A program made the position numbers and the translations under genes. From Antedon mediterranea (lineage: Eukaryota; Animalia; Echinodermata), in assembly GCF_964355755.1 (NCBI RefSeq), contig NC_092672.1, positions 27,534,437 to 27,598,436 of the forward strand: DNA of 64,000 nt. The letters are read 5' to 3'. The stretch's first letter is position 1, and every line of letters starts with the position of its first letter. Under the pieces are notes generated by a model. The model ran no database searches, was not told where the DNA came from, and saw only the letters and a list, made by a program, of their open reading frames with translations. This document shows positions 11,661 to 24,800 of the stretch, one piece after another.

Positions 11661-12479
11661 CGTCACTCCCGTATTGTAGAGTAGCAGTACCTCCGACGAT
11701 CAATCAGTCAATGAATAGAGTTGATGAAGCCACATGGTCAGTGCTACTCTATACTACGCGCCCATTTATTAAGTACAATAAAAACAAAGGCCAGGACTGT
11801 ATAGTGCCTATGAAAATTATCCCGTTAGGCCTATATTTTATTAAACGTATTACTATTAAAATATTAACAATGCTGCAGCATTTCATGACCCCTGTTGTTT
11901 TATTTGCTTTTCCGTCAATGATTCTCATAAATAAATCGCGATGACAAAAGAGGTGTTTTGTTTTTTTCAAATCACTAAATTATAATGTAATGATGATCGA
12001 GCCGGACCGCTAATTGTTAAACGATGATTTTAACTGTCAAAAACATGATCGTCAGTCAATGGCTCGGAGTTTCGATAAATCTCGCGTCGCATGTGTTACG
12101 TGGTGGTGGAAAACACTCTCAGTAAGTTTGCTTCATTTATATGCATGAGACTCTGTGACGACCTGCTTTAACGTGACGTCATTTTACTTTAGGTGCATGC
12201 AAAGAAGTAGTCACCGCGATCGACCCGGCGCGCGTGTAAGAAAATAATACCGGCCTAGGCTAGGACAAGTTTATGCTTATATAAAAGCTGAAAAACATCG
12301 TCGCATTGTAAAAATTTAGATGTAAAGTACAGGCAAGTTGTTAACTTGCTTTGGTACCCTAGGTAAATATCAGCTGCATGTTCCACATGTCGTAATTTGC
12401 GAGCTTTAGACTTTTAGAGTGTTTGGTAAATGACATTATGAGATGTTTGTAAATCGTTTTAAACGTAACTTACAATGCG

Positions 12480-12582
12480 CTAGAACGCCAACATTTTCAG
12501 GGGCCGTCGGCCCCTGGACCCCGACCGGGGGCCCTTGGCGGCCCCCTGGCCCCCCTATTTCAATATTCTGGATCCGCCCCTG
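12480..12582. mobile_element. hAT-like MITE right end
   Basis: GC-rich ggggcc/ggcccc block ending ttctggatccgcccctg (reverse complement CAGGGGCGGATCCAG); the left end was not found. Confidence 0.55.
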
Positions 12583-12887
12583 CGTTCAAACGAATTACAA
12601 CATATACTTTGAATGCCACTTGTTGTATATGTTGCAATTCGTTTGAACGGATTAATAATTTGTTTGAACAGATTATTCGTTCATTCAATGTTGCCTTTTT
12701 TAGTAAACTTTCAGCGTACAAAGTACCAATAGAATGTTAGGGTATGCCTATGACATGTAGGTTTAAAAAAGTATGACATTCTTGTACAGTACGAAGTGTG
12801 AAATGTATTATGTTACAAGATATGTTATGTTACGTATGTAAATGAAAATTATATCAATAAACATAAGAAATAATCCTAAACACTTGC

Positions 12888-15800
12888 TTTTTTTAGCCTT
12901 CAATGTTTTTCTCCACAAGGTAGAAAAGATGCCATCTGTCCAGTCATTTGTGGCTACATCTAGCCTACCAAACATCTGCGGTGCTGTGATAGCCTTGGGG
13001 TTCATACGCATTTCTTTATGTAGAGCTCCACAGTCTCCCATGGCTTTCATAAGGATATTAATACAGCAAGTCTTGCCAGCTCCTGATGGGCCTAATGCCA
13101 TCATACCATGGCGTACTCTTTGAGTTTCAAATAACTACAATTTTAAAGAAAAGCTTTAAAAGTAAAATATATGTTCACCAACTCTGTGTACATAACATTC
13201 TAACATGTATGAAATGCAAAATGTGTCTGATAAAAGAGCTTCTGATTTTTGATGGCCGATGACTTAACTAGGTCGGGTCAATCAATATGTCATCTGTCGT
13301 CGTCAGAACCGTGTTAAGGGTCTTTCACACCTGTTCCGGAATGGTTCCGGTCCGGCGAATCGAACATCAATGTTTCGTTTTCACGACGCTCCACGTGGCT
13401 ATGGGCCAATCGATTTGGCGTTCGATTAGATTATCCGCCGCCGGACCGGAACCGTTTAAGGTGGAGAGCGAGGAATATACATGAATATTAAAAATAATAA
13501 TAAAGTATTCATTAAAGGCCCCGTACACCATTAGACCATGCTATACAAAATCAATCTTGAACTTTCTTATATCAATAAACACACATGTGCTGCTATTATT
13601 GTGCTGTCATTGAATTGTATGATCTTTGGTGCAACAGGTAGCAGAGGAAGGCTACGCCAAACAACTTTAGGAAAAGATAAGAAAAGATAGGAAAGATAAA
13701 TTAAGCATAGTGCTACATCTACTTGTCTTGCAACAGCTCCTTGCAGTTCATCATACGTGGCATTATCAAGTTGAATGCCATAGGGAAAATCACCATTAAA
13801 TAAGACTCAGAAATTGGTGGGGAGGGAGAAAAGAATAGGCTGGTGTAGAGTTACTACCTGAACAACTTTAAGATTCCAAGCAGGGTGATTAACTAAACCT
13901 GCTGCATCTACTTGTCCTGCAACAGCTACTTGCAATTCCTCATACGTGGCATTATCAAGTTGAATGCCAGGAAACAAATCACTGATGAGGCTCAAGAATA
14001 GAGGTTCATCTTCATCAACCTGAATAAAGCAACATATTAAGGAACTGTTTAGTTTAACTCGGAATCTGAAGATGCTAAAGTTACAGTTCAAAATTTTATT
14101 GAAGGCATGTCATTTGGGGTTGGCTAAAGTGTATGGTCTCTGATCTAATTCTAAAAAGTAACATCAAGCAGAATAATTGAATTTATGGGATGCAAACATA
14201 ACATTCTAAATAATAAACAAAGATTACATAATTACATAATATTCTGTTCTTCAAACCTTAATATTTTACAGAAATAAGTTATATTTGCTGGTGGTACAGT
14301 TAAGTAAGTAATCTTCTAAACAGTTATTGGTATTGAGGTATGGAGCAATGGGATCATCTTGATCAAGCTCCTTCAAAAGGTTCTTGTAACATCGAGAATC
14401 CATTATTTTAAATAAATGAACCAGACAAATAGCAAATTTACCAATTTAGAAAGATTCATGTCTCGCAGCACTCTCATTACAATAGTTGATTCACTCTCCG
14501 ATGGTCTAGCCCGCTTTTGAGCTCCCAGCGTTCTCAATACGGATAGAATGTTACGTAAACCAAAATCATAATGGACCTAGAAGAAAAAATGATTAACAAC
14601 AAAACATTTCAGTAAGGTAGAATAAAGTAAAAACTTGAAAAACTAGCCATGTGAGTGTGAATTTCCTCTGGATACTGTAGTGTGAACGCAAACTAGCCAT
14701 GTGAGTGTGAATTTCCTCTGGATACTGTAGTGTGAACACAAACTAGCCATGTGAGTGTGAATTTCCTCTGGATACTGTAGTGTGAACGCAAACTAGCCAT
14801 GTGAGTGTGAATTTCCTCTGGATACTGTAGTGTGAACACAAACTAGCCATGTGAGTGTGAATTTCCTCTGGATACTGTAGTGTGAACACAAACTAGCCAT
14901 GTGAGTGTGAATTTCCTCTGGATACTGTAGTGTGAATGCAAACTAGCCATGTGAGTGTGAATTTCCTCTGGATACTGTAGTGTGAACACAAACTAGCCAT
15001 GTGAGTGTGAATTTCCTCTAGATACTGTAGTGTGAACACAAACTAACAGTCATGCAAGTTTTTGCTTGAAAACATGCTGCTATGTTTCAATGTTGTGGTG
15101 CTTGTTGGGTGCTGCAATCATACAGTGTCTGTATGATTGGGACGTCATACGGCTTTACCACGTTGAAACACCAGTTCTTGTCAGATCACCGAAGTTAAGC
15201 GACGTTGGGCCTGGTTAGAGCTTGGATGGGAGACCAATAACGGGTGCTGTATACGGAGCTGGGGGCCCGTTAGGCATTTGAAATCAGCACTGCTGACTCT
15301 TATGGCAGCCCCTGCATCTAGTATCTGCCTCAGACCTGGCTTTGTTTGTAATTATCGCTGTGTTGGTTTCGATTAAATAAAATTAAAAAAATAATAATAA
15401 AAAGTAACATAATTACGCAAGTACATACACGGAAATCGTTGTAGGGTTTATGCTTGGCTCCCACTATGACGCAACACAAGGATGTAAGAGCAACACAAGG
15501 ACGTAATCGCAACACAAGGACGTAAGCGCGTGTTTTGACCAATGACAAGCAATGTATTATTGAAATGCTGCTTGTTATTGGTCAACTCGCTTCCGTTTGG
15601 TCTACATTCTTGCATTACGTACTAGTAGGAAGAACCAAGTTTTTAAAGAAATATCTATACTACTTATCTGCTCTATTCAAATGTTGCAAACCTAAAAAAC
15701 CGTTAGGGACATCTCTATTTAGGGACACTTATCCATGCAAACAAGAAGGGGAAATATATGATTTAACACTCAGCCAACACATATTCAGGGATAATTGCTT

Positions 15801-18800
15801 ATAAAACAAGGGAACACTTTGTTTGTTCTTGTAAGTGTCCCTTTAATCTAATTCTAATGCACACATGAATAATTTTCTAATACTAATTTCTACCTGTTTG
15901 GTTAATTGTTCTTCACAAAGTTTGTATAAAGTAAAAAACTTCTGAGCTAACAGTACATTCTCTTGGAAACCACAGCTGGCCAACTTGACTCTCATAATAA
16001 TCTGTCTATCAGGGACCATCATTGCTACAGTACGGAACTGAATCTTTAAGTTCTCTGGTAATTCTTGTCGACCAGCATATCCAGGGTTCTAAAAGGTAAA
16101 TACCATACTAAGTATGTTTACAGAATTGTAAAAGGTACACTATTATAACAAAAACAAAATTTAAAACATTTAAGCATACACAATTAATTAAGTCAAGAAT
16201 TAAAGTGAACAAAAGTACAAACTAACCAAAAGTATGAAAGTAAGAAAAAGCTATGAAAAAATCTTCTATCAAAAGATGAAAAAAGTAAAGTATTATTTAC
16301 AAGAAATAATAAAAATAAGACATATATTCTGTATATATAGAAAAAAAAACCACTATAATAACCTTTAGAAGGTTATAAAAGAAAAACAAATTTCAGTCTG
16401 TTGGTGATTGTTATTATGTTTTATCTTATGCAATATGTTTAAATAGGCTTTTATGTTGGAATATAAAAGGCAATACTTTTCATAATTCTGTATTTGTTTC
16501 CTTTCCTAGACTATAGGAGCAAATACCAAATGACATAAAAGTTTCACAAACAATTTAAATATTTAAGGCTGCTCTAACAAAACACTATTTAATGTTATGT
16601 ATAGTTTATTTGTATTACAATTGTTTACTTGTCTTGTATAATTCTTCTTGTTGAGAGAAGAAACAAACGTGTGTTGTCTTTCGGGGAAGGCTTATTAAAA
16701 TCCGAGCTGTTTAGAGAAATACTTCCCCCTCTTCATAAGCCAGCTCGGTCTCTCCGATTCAACCGCTTTCTAGAAGTACCTCATTGTAAAACCAGCAGAC
16801 TTAGGTCGTCTCCAGTTCCCACCATGGTGGATATAATTAATAGGCACCACTAGCTCTTTTTTAGATATGTAACAAGTGAATATTTTAAGGTTTTTTATTC
16901 ATCTATGTTTTTAATTTTATGGTACGATATCTAATTTTAATAAGATGTTTCTATTTTTATAGCAATTTTAACAAATTTTTAGTCATTTGTAATACAATTC
17001 ATTTCAGTCCTTGACTGTCGTTTTGTAATATATTTTTATATACCGAATAAATAAATAAAATAAATAAATAATGTTTTATTTTAACTGTTTGGAGTGAGTG
17101 CAGATTTTGTTTGGGCTTTAGCCTATTCTCACTCCTGGTTATTTTTCATTGGTGACCAAATAAACATATAATATTATTATAATACAAGTAATTCCAGACG
17201 CTTTTAAATAATTTTATACGGTAAAGCATAATAATTTTAATAATCATTCATAAACCCTTTACCATTGTCAAGAAGATACCAAATTCTGGATTGAGTGAGA
17301 CATTATCACCATCTGTAAATATGAATTCTGTTTTGCGATCTTTCTTAGCACCAAGCACAATGGCAATCTGCTGTGCAGCTACAGACAGCACTGGTAATTC
17401 AATTCGATTGAATTCATCAAAACAACCCCAACTGCCAGATTGTGCAAGACCTACGGAAAGAAATCAACATGATGTTATTTATTCACATAATGAATTTTTA
17501 TGAGTTGTTGAAACACCAGTTTTCATCAGATCACCAAAGTTAAGCAACATTTGGCCAAGTTTTCTTCTGGATGGGAGACCATTTGGGAATATCATGTCGG
17601 GTGCTGTAAATCCTGGAGAGTTATGTTGTATCGATACTTTCGGAATAGGATGTGATAGGCATGGGTTCGAGTTTTTCTGTACAATACTAATTGTATCTTT
17701 AGGCATTATGCTTAACTATCATTTCCTTGTCCTTTGGATAGGACGTAAAGCTGTTGGTCTCGTGTACATAGTGAATGTTATAGAACTTTGTTCGAAGAGA
17801 GTGATCGTCTCCCTGTGTGCTAATATGGTAGGCACTGCACTTCTGGCTGCCGTAGGTCTGCAGAGGACCCATTCCAACTTTCCTCAGTTTCCAGTTAAGC
17901 TTGAGGATTAGAATAAATACCTTTACCTTTTATTTTTTCAAATATATTTTCCAATATTTATTATTACATTTACCTTTATAAATTCTTCCTAAGCCTCTGT
18001 AGTCCATCTGATCCGAACAGTTAAAGACAACAACGTACTTGCCAAGTGCTTTACCCATGTCTTTAGTAGTCTCAGTCTTGCCTGTACCAGCTGGACCTGC
18101 TGGGGCTCCTCCCATACTCATACCAAGAGCCTGGGCTAGCGTGATGTAACATCTAAACAAGGTGTGATCAACCGTTCAGTAATGTTGTAAATGCACTCAA
18201 ATCCCACCTTTTTAATTTGCACTTTCAAATTAAATAATTTTGTGCTTTTTACATTTTCTGTTGATTTTTCAGTGCTGGGGTGAAAAATAACCTTGCTGTA
18301 ACAAATTTGGCTATGGGCTTAACTCCAGACACTTTTTTGGAGTTTTGTGGAGAGTGATGGCATTAAGTTCCAACTGTTTATCAAATTTGTTTGTTTTAAC
18401 TAAAAAGATCAATGTTACAATTCAGCTACTGTGTATAGCTATCTGTAATGTAAGTAGTGTGATAACAAGCATATCAGTAACTTATTTTTATATACAAGGC
18501 ACTGCCATATGGTATTGACACTGTCTAAGCCTACTGTATTTCATCTCGTCAGTGAAAACATGTTTGTTGAATGTACCTACTTATCTGTGAGTGGTATAAT
18601 AACAAGCCTATCGGTACGGTCTACAAACTTATTTTGATATGTACTGCACTGCGGCCATGGTGTCGAAACTGTATTGTGAACTCTATCTATCTTAATCACC
18701 TGGTCTTTTCGGTTTGTTTGTTTAATGTACATACCTATCTGTGAGTGGTGTGATAACCAGCCTATCTGTACAGCCTAAGAATTCATTCTGATATATAGTG

Positions 18801-21800
18801 TCTACATCTGTAATTGATACAATGCATTGGTCTGTGTCTTCTTTAAAGTAGAATCGTGCTTGCTTCAACCATTCAAAATCCAATGGGTTGCGAATATGCA
18901 TATTTACCTGAATAAAAAACATTAGCAATTTAATATTCTAGTTTAATGATAAAGTAGTTTTAATCATTGTTGTTATAACTGATGTACAACATTAACATCA
19001 TAATTTATATATAGTGCACATTTCTATAATAGAATTATATAACAGCGATTTACATCAATTAATAACGATTGAAATAAAATGTCTTCAACTGTAGTTAATG
19101 AAATTTTATATTGTACAGATTTTTTCATATTTTGTCTCTGGCTACAGTATATACGATCAATAAACAAAACTAGGTTATATATAAAAATGTATTCTTGATA
19201 GACCACAATAACAGAAAATGCATACACTGTACAAAGCCATGTTGTCTTTACTGTTGTGCAATATGTTCTATTCCTCTTTAGTGTATTTTAACATATTTTA
19301 GATTTTTTTAATTATCATTGTGCTTCTTGTATTTTTATGATCTTTTCTTAACATGTGTATGTTTGTATACCACAACCAAATGAATTTCCCAGTTTGGGAT
19401 AATAAAGTTTTATTGAATTGAATTCAATAATTGTAATTTTATCTGTATGGAATTCTTTACGACAAACCAATAAATAAATACGTATGTGTGTGACAACAAT
19501 TCGAAACGTTGCACACGTACATATTTAATTCTTATTTATTATTAATTATTGGTTTATTGTAAAGAATTGCATACAGAAATTTTAATTATCCTTTATCTTA
19601 CCAGATCATTGAATATATCCCTCTGATGCACATGTATAGTAACCAAGGTCTCAAATTTAATTCTTTCTACTTTGGTCAGTTCATGAGTGGTTTGCTCAAT
19701 CAGCTTATTGAGAATTTCAAGAAACTTAACGTTCATAGCTTGCATTATCTTGCGGTCAGATCTAGCCAATGTTAGCGCCTCTTCTGCATCACGTGTCCAT
19801 AACATTTGAATACCAAGCAGACCAACCTACAACAATGTAAATCATTAGCAAAGTTTCATTTTCCATCGCAGCTGGCAAGTCCAAAAGTCATTCTTTGACT
19901 TTTTTGATAAAAATAAAGAATGTTATGGTACATTATTTTTCAGATATTTTTATTATCAATAAACATTACAATTTACTTTTCTTTAACATGTTATCTTTAA
20001 TCATATTTACTATTCAAATAATATTCTTCATTGTTTTTTTGTTGTTGGTGATTTACAACATTTGTTTCTGTTTTTATGATTAGGAGAAATGTAGCATGAG
20101 AGTTGTACGGCATATATGCTTCAAAACAGAAATGAAAAGTTATTTATTCGCATATTCTTCCTTATCCTTAATACTTTTACTAAAATTGTTAGTATCATCC
20201 TATTTAGTACGCTAGTTTCACAAGTGGTGGATCCAGGATGTTTGAAAATAAAATAAAAAAGTTTTCTCACTCAAAACAGGGCTTTTTTTTTATTTAAAAG
20301 GTGGTGGATTACTTTTTCTATTAAGCTCTGTCTAAACTAGTTTGTGTGATGTGCTCAAATATGGTAGTAATATGCCCAAATATAGTAGTGATATGACATT
20401 ATTATGTCCATATATGGGCACATCACATGACAGAGCTTTAGAGTGGTTAACTTACTTGTGCAATGAATTTGTTGAGGAAGTTAAGCAAGTCAAACGAGGC
20501 ATCATTTACTACCCTATACCCATCTCTTATAATGCCATGCAATGATGACATCTGGTTGTTAAGTAACTCTCCTAGCCACATCTCTACATTTCCTTTAGCA
20601 ATAACTGGTTTCTCCAACTGCAATCATAAAAAAGATAAATCAACATATAATATTACTTTTTTATTCATTAATTCAAATGTCTTAATATAGCTGTTTTTTT
20701 AGTTTAATTATGTTTTATAGTTCTCAGAATTTTATTTAGAAAATCCAAACTAATAATAGGAAGCTTTGAATTTGTGAAGACAAACAACGACCAAACTACA
20801 TCATGTTAATTCATTGTGCGCATGCAGGGATATTGTGACAATGTTTCCTTGCTCCCCACCTCAACAGTGTTGATAGTTTCTAGGTTCAATCAATCGATTC
20901 ACCTGACCTAGTTGGGTCGCCGTATGTCGCAAATCTTTTTGTAGAAAGGTTTTATAGGCCTATATAGAGTATAAGAATTAATGCTTCTAAAAGATTTAGG
21001 TACACTTACAGGAATGGTTTCTCCTTCTCTTGATATAGCCGATACAATACGATCATAGTCCTTAGGGTGAAAACCAACTTCAGCCACATTCTCAAAGATG
21101 CCCAGTAGATGGGCCTGTAAAATGAATTTTAGTACTGTATTTAGTTGATATTATGAGTTGAATAAGGAGAATGTTTTCATGATTTTCAGGTATTACGGTA
21201 TTGAATCCTAGCATGTTGGCATGCATTTCAGTCTGGATTATATAAAGTAGTACTGTACACTTTCAGAGATACTTTTTATTTAAAGCCACAATACTGTGCA
21301 CTTACTTGAATTGTGTGAGAATCAGATGCCTGTCCCAAAATCTCTAACAATGCAGGATCAGAAATGAAGAAGAATCGAGGGAAAACAAGACGCTTCTTCT
21401 CAAGATATCTAATATTAAATATAAATTTATCTTTATAATTGGAGCTAAAAAACTTTTACAAAAAAATAAAACAATAATATTGTTGTGGAGCTGTAGCTTG
21501 CCTTCCAATATCAAGTTCTGGTATTAAATCCTCACATAGTGCCAGGGTTGTAACTCAGATGTTTCTACTCCACTCTCTAAGCTTCAAGTGACATAAGTTT
21601 ATTATAAACTTATTTATATATATTTATAAGCATGATATAGTTTATCTGATCTCTATTATAATGGACAAGTTAAAAAACAAAAAACAAAACAAAAATTTAC
21701 CCTGTGAGTGATTTCTGACAAATCTCTAGTTGTTCTAGCAGATGAGGTAGTAGTTGGCCAAGTGTTTCATCGCCGACACAGCATATTACTACGTTATCAT

Positions 21801-24800
21801 TCTCATGAGCTCGCTGCATTATCTTCACCCATGACTTATCAATGTTTGCAAATCGCTTGGCTTCCTATAGTTTAGACGAGTGTTTGTCAGTGATTTGTAA
21901 TAGCCGAAGGCTGGATAGCAACAATCCATAGTGCTATGGCCGTTCAAAAATGGATTCTCCATGGAGAGGGAACCAACAAGATGGCAGCTGCAATCGACTA
22001 ATCAGATATGCCCTACGCACTACTACGCCTGTGTTGAGCCTATCTGCGTGAGAACGATACGCAACGCAGCGCATTCTATATGATCCTCGTATACTAAAAA
22101 TGCTAGATTACCAAGAAATTATTCATTCTATTGCGATTAACAATAATTATATTTAATTTTATAAAAACCAATTTTACTGTTTTTATTTTATATACTGTAG
22201 ACATTATGTTTTATTTGACTGCATCACCGTTTAAGTGTCGTAAGCTCTGTCTATAATATCAAACTTTATGTGAAACAAAAAAGTGTGATGTGCCCAAATA
22301 TGGTAGTAATATGCCCAAATATGGTAGTGACATCATCATGTCCATATATGGGCACATCACATTTGTTGTCACATAAATTTTGATAATATACAAAGAGCTT
22401 TAAATAAATAAATGTTTTTTTTCTACCTTACCTGAGGCAATTGTTTAGCAATATCTCCACCAACAAACACAGCTTCTAGGTACACCCAAAGATTCTGCAC
22501 AATCAACCAGTTTTCAATGATATCTGATGAGTTAGATAACTTCTGAACCCATGATTGAATGTCCTTCTTAAATGGAGCATTGTATCTGTTGCTAAGTAAC
22601 GACCCTAACACCATCAAACTGTCCTCCATGAGTGCCACTATCTCTGAAGTCTCACCACCTTTCAACAGTAGCTCACCACGTGTCTTGAATGGTGCAAAGC
22701 TCAACGTCTGTGAATTCCATTCTGCTACTACCTGTGATAGCTTCGCTTCAATGTCCTTTTCCTTTACAGCTGATATGCAAATATCCTTTGAAAAAAATAA
22801 CAATTTTAAGTAAATAATTGTTAATTGCTAAATATTGTTTGACCATCAAAAAGAAAATCCTGTTAAAATGCTAATTAGTGTTTGTGGATGATAAACAGTA
22901 TATACCTGCAGTATAAAACCACATAAATAGTTGAAAGAACTTGGTTTGAGTCATATTCTAGTAATTACATGTTGGTCAATCTTCCTACTTCGTATCATTT
23001 ATTTTACAAATGTACTTGTGAGTGAGAATGTGAGTAAACTAAAATTAAAATATTTTATACAAAGTAATTTCATATCTTATCCCATTTTCAGACGTACATT
23101 GTATTGCAAAATCATGTGTTAATGCTGATTGGCCAAGTTCATTCATATGAATCAATAAAATAATTAGTCAACATGGTTTTTCTGGGTTGATTGGGAGTAA
23201 CTTACTACAAATGAATTACCACCGATTTTTACCATCAATTACATCGCAATATATCGCAATGCAATGCACATTTGAATAGGGTATATTAGTAGGTCGACTC
23301 AATTTAAAACAATTGGCATTTGTATCATTTCAATCACAAAGTTCGTTTTTAAGTCTGCACTATAGGAACAAACCTCAATGTCTTCCTTGTTTTCAAGGAT
23401 CGGTGCCTCCATGATGTTTCGTAGCGAAAATGAATCCAGGTCAATTTCAAAGACGTGTCCTGTAACGTTTGTGAGACGTTCCCAATGCCGATTCTTCATT
23501 GCCTTGTTGGCCATTAGCTCCAATAGAGGGCAGGATTCACTGAAGTCATCAATCTTCTTCTTGAGATCTAAGAAAGCCTGCCATTCCTTCAGACCCTTTG
23601 GTAGTTTTCGGCATCTAGAGAAATAACAAATACTAGTAGTAAATAACTCTTTCAATCAATCTGTGGTATTGTTTAAAGTTTTTTTAATGTTTTTAAAATA
23701 TTTGATATTCATTGTTTTATATTTTTAATCCATTTTGGCAGGTTTTCTGCTGTTGAATGTATAAATAATATGTGTATTTGTACGGTTAACAAAGTTAGTC
23801 AAAAGCAGAGCAAAATAGATAAATAAATGACTCAAGTTAAATTTGTAACATTTTTGCACATTAAAGAATGTTTCTTTAAAGTGATAAAAATCTCTCTTCA
23901 ATCATCAGGTGTTAGGCTCCAAGTCATTTATTTATTTAAATAAATAAATATAAAATTTATTTCATGTTCTTTTAGATTATTTTAATAGTTATTCAACTGT
24001 AAAGCTCTGTCTACACTATCAAACTGTATGTGACAAAAAAAAATGTGGTGTGGCCATATGGGCATGATGTGGTCATATCATTACCATATTTGGGTATATC
24101 ACACTTTTTTTGTCAACCTAGTTTGATAGTGTAAACAGAGCTTTTGTAACAAAATCTTCTATACACTATTAAAGTAGTATTTACCTGTTTTGAAAGTCCA
24201 TAAGTTCACCATTAATCTTCTCAATATCCACTTCACTCCACAAGATATCATAATACCCATTGATACCATCAATAACAGAGTTATACAACCCATATAGCTT
24301 GTTCAATAGGTTTAGCTCTTTCTTGGTCTTTGCAAGGAATGGGTAGTCAGTATTTTGCAGTCCAAATAGTTCTTCGCCGCCAGAATATGTCTGGAACTTC
24401 CGCCATAGCTCATCAAAGCGGCTTTGGTAAACATGCAATCTATCGCTGGCTTCTTGAGGAGGAATACCGTCTGCCATTGGTCCATTCTTAACAAATAAAA
24501 TTATTAAAAATTGTGTTTTAATGAGAATATTAATAAAAATGATATGATGATATCAGAAAACCACAATACATGAGATTTTGTTTTAATGAATAACAAGAAA
24601 ATACTTACTATTAAATAATCTCCCTCAAAATTGTCTACACTGTGGACAAACACTTCAACTGACTCTAAAAGATCTGCTTTAAATGTCGGCTGAATTCTTA
24701 CAAGTTCTGTCTGAACTTTGACCTATGGAAACAAATGAACATTAATACAGAAGGTAAATACTAATACAATATTTATAAAGAAAACTTTCTCTATCATTAA

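Noticed and set aside
14641-15045. CRISPR-like regular repeat (also 37028-37497 and 59932-60807)
   Set aside because: Units are contiguous with no unique spacers, there are no cas genes, and the context is eukaryotic introns or UTR; these are minisatellites.
15144-15262. Functional 5S rRNA gene
   Set aside because: It has deletions relative to 5S, no oligo-T terminator, and is fused to a body shared with a dispersed copy; it is a SINE head.
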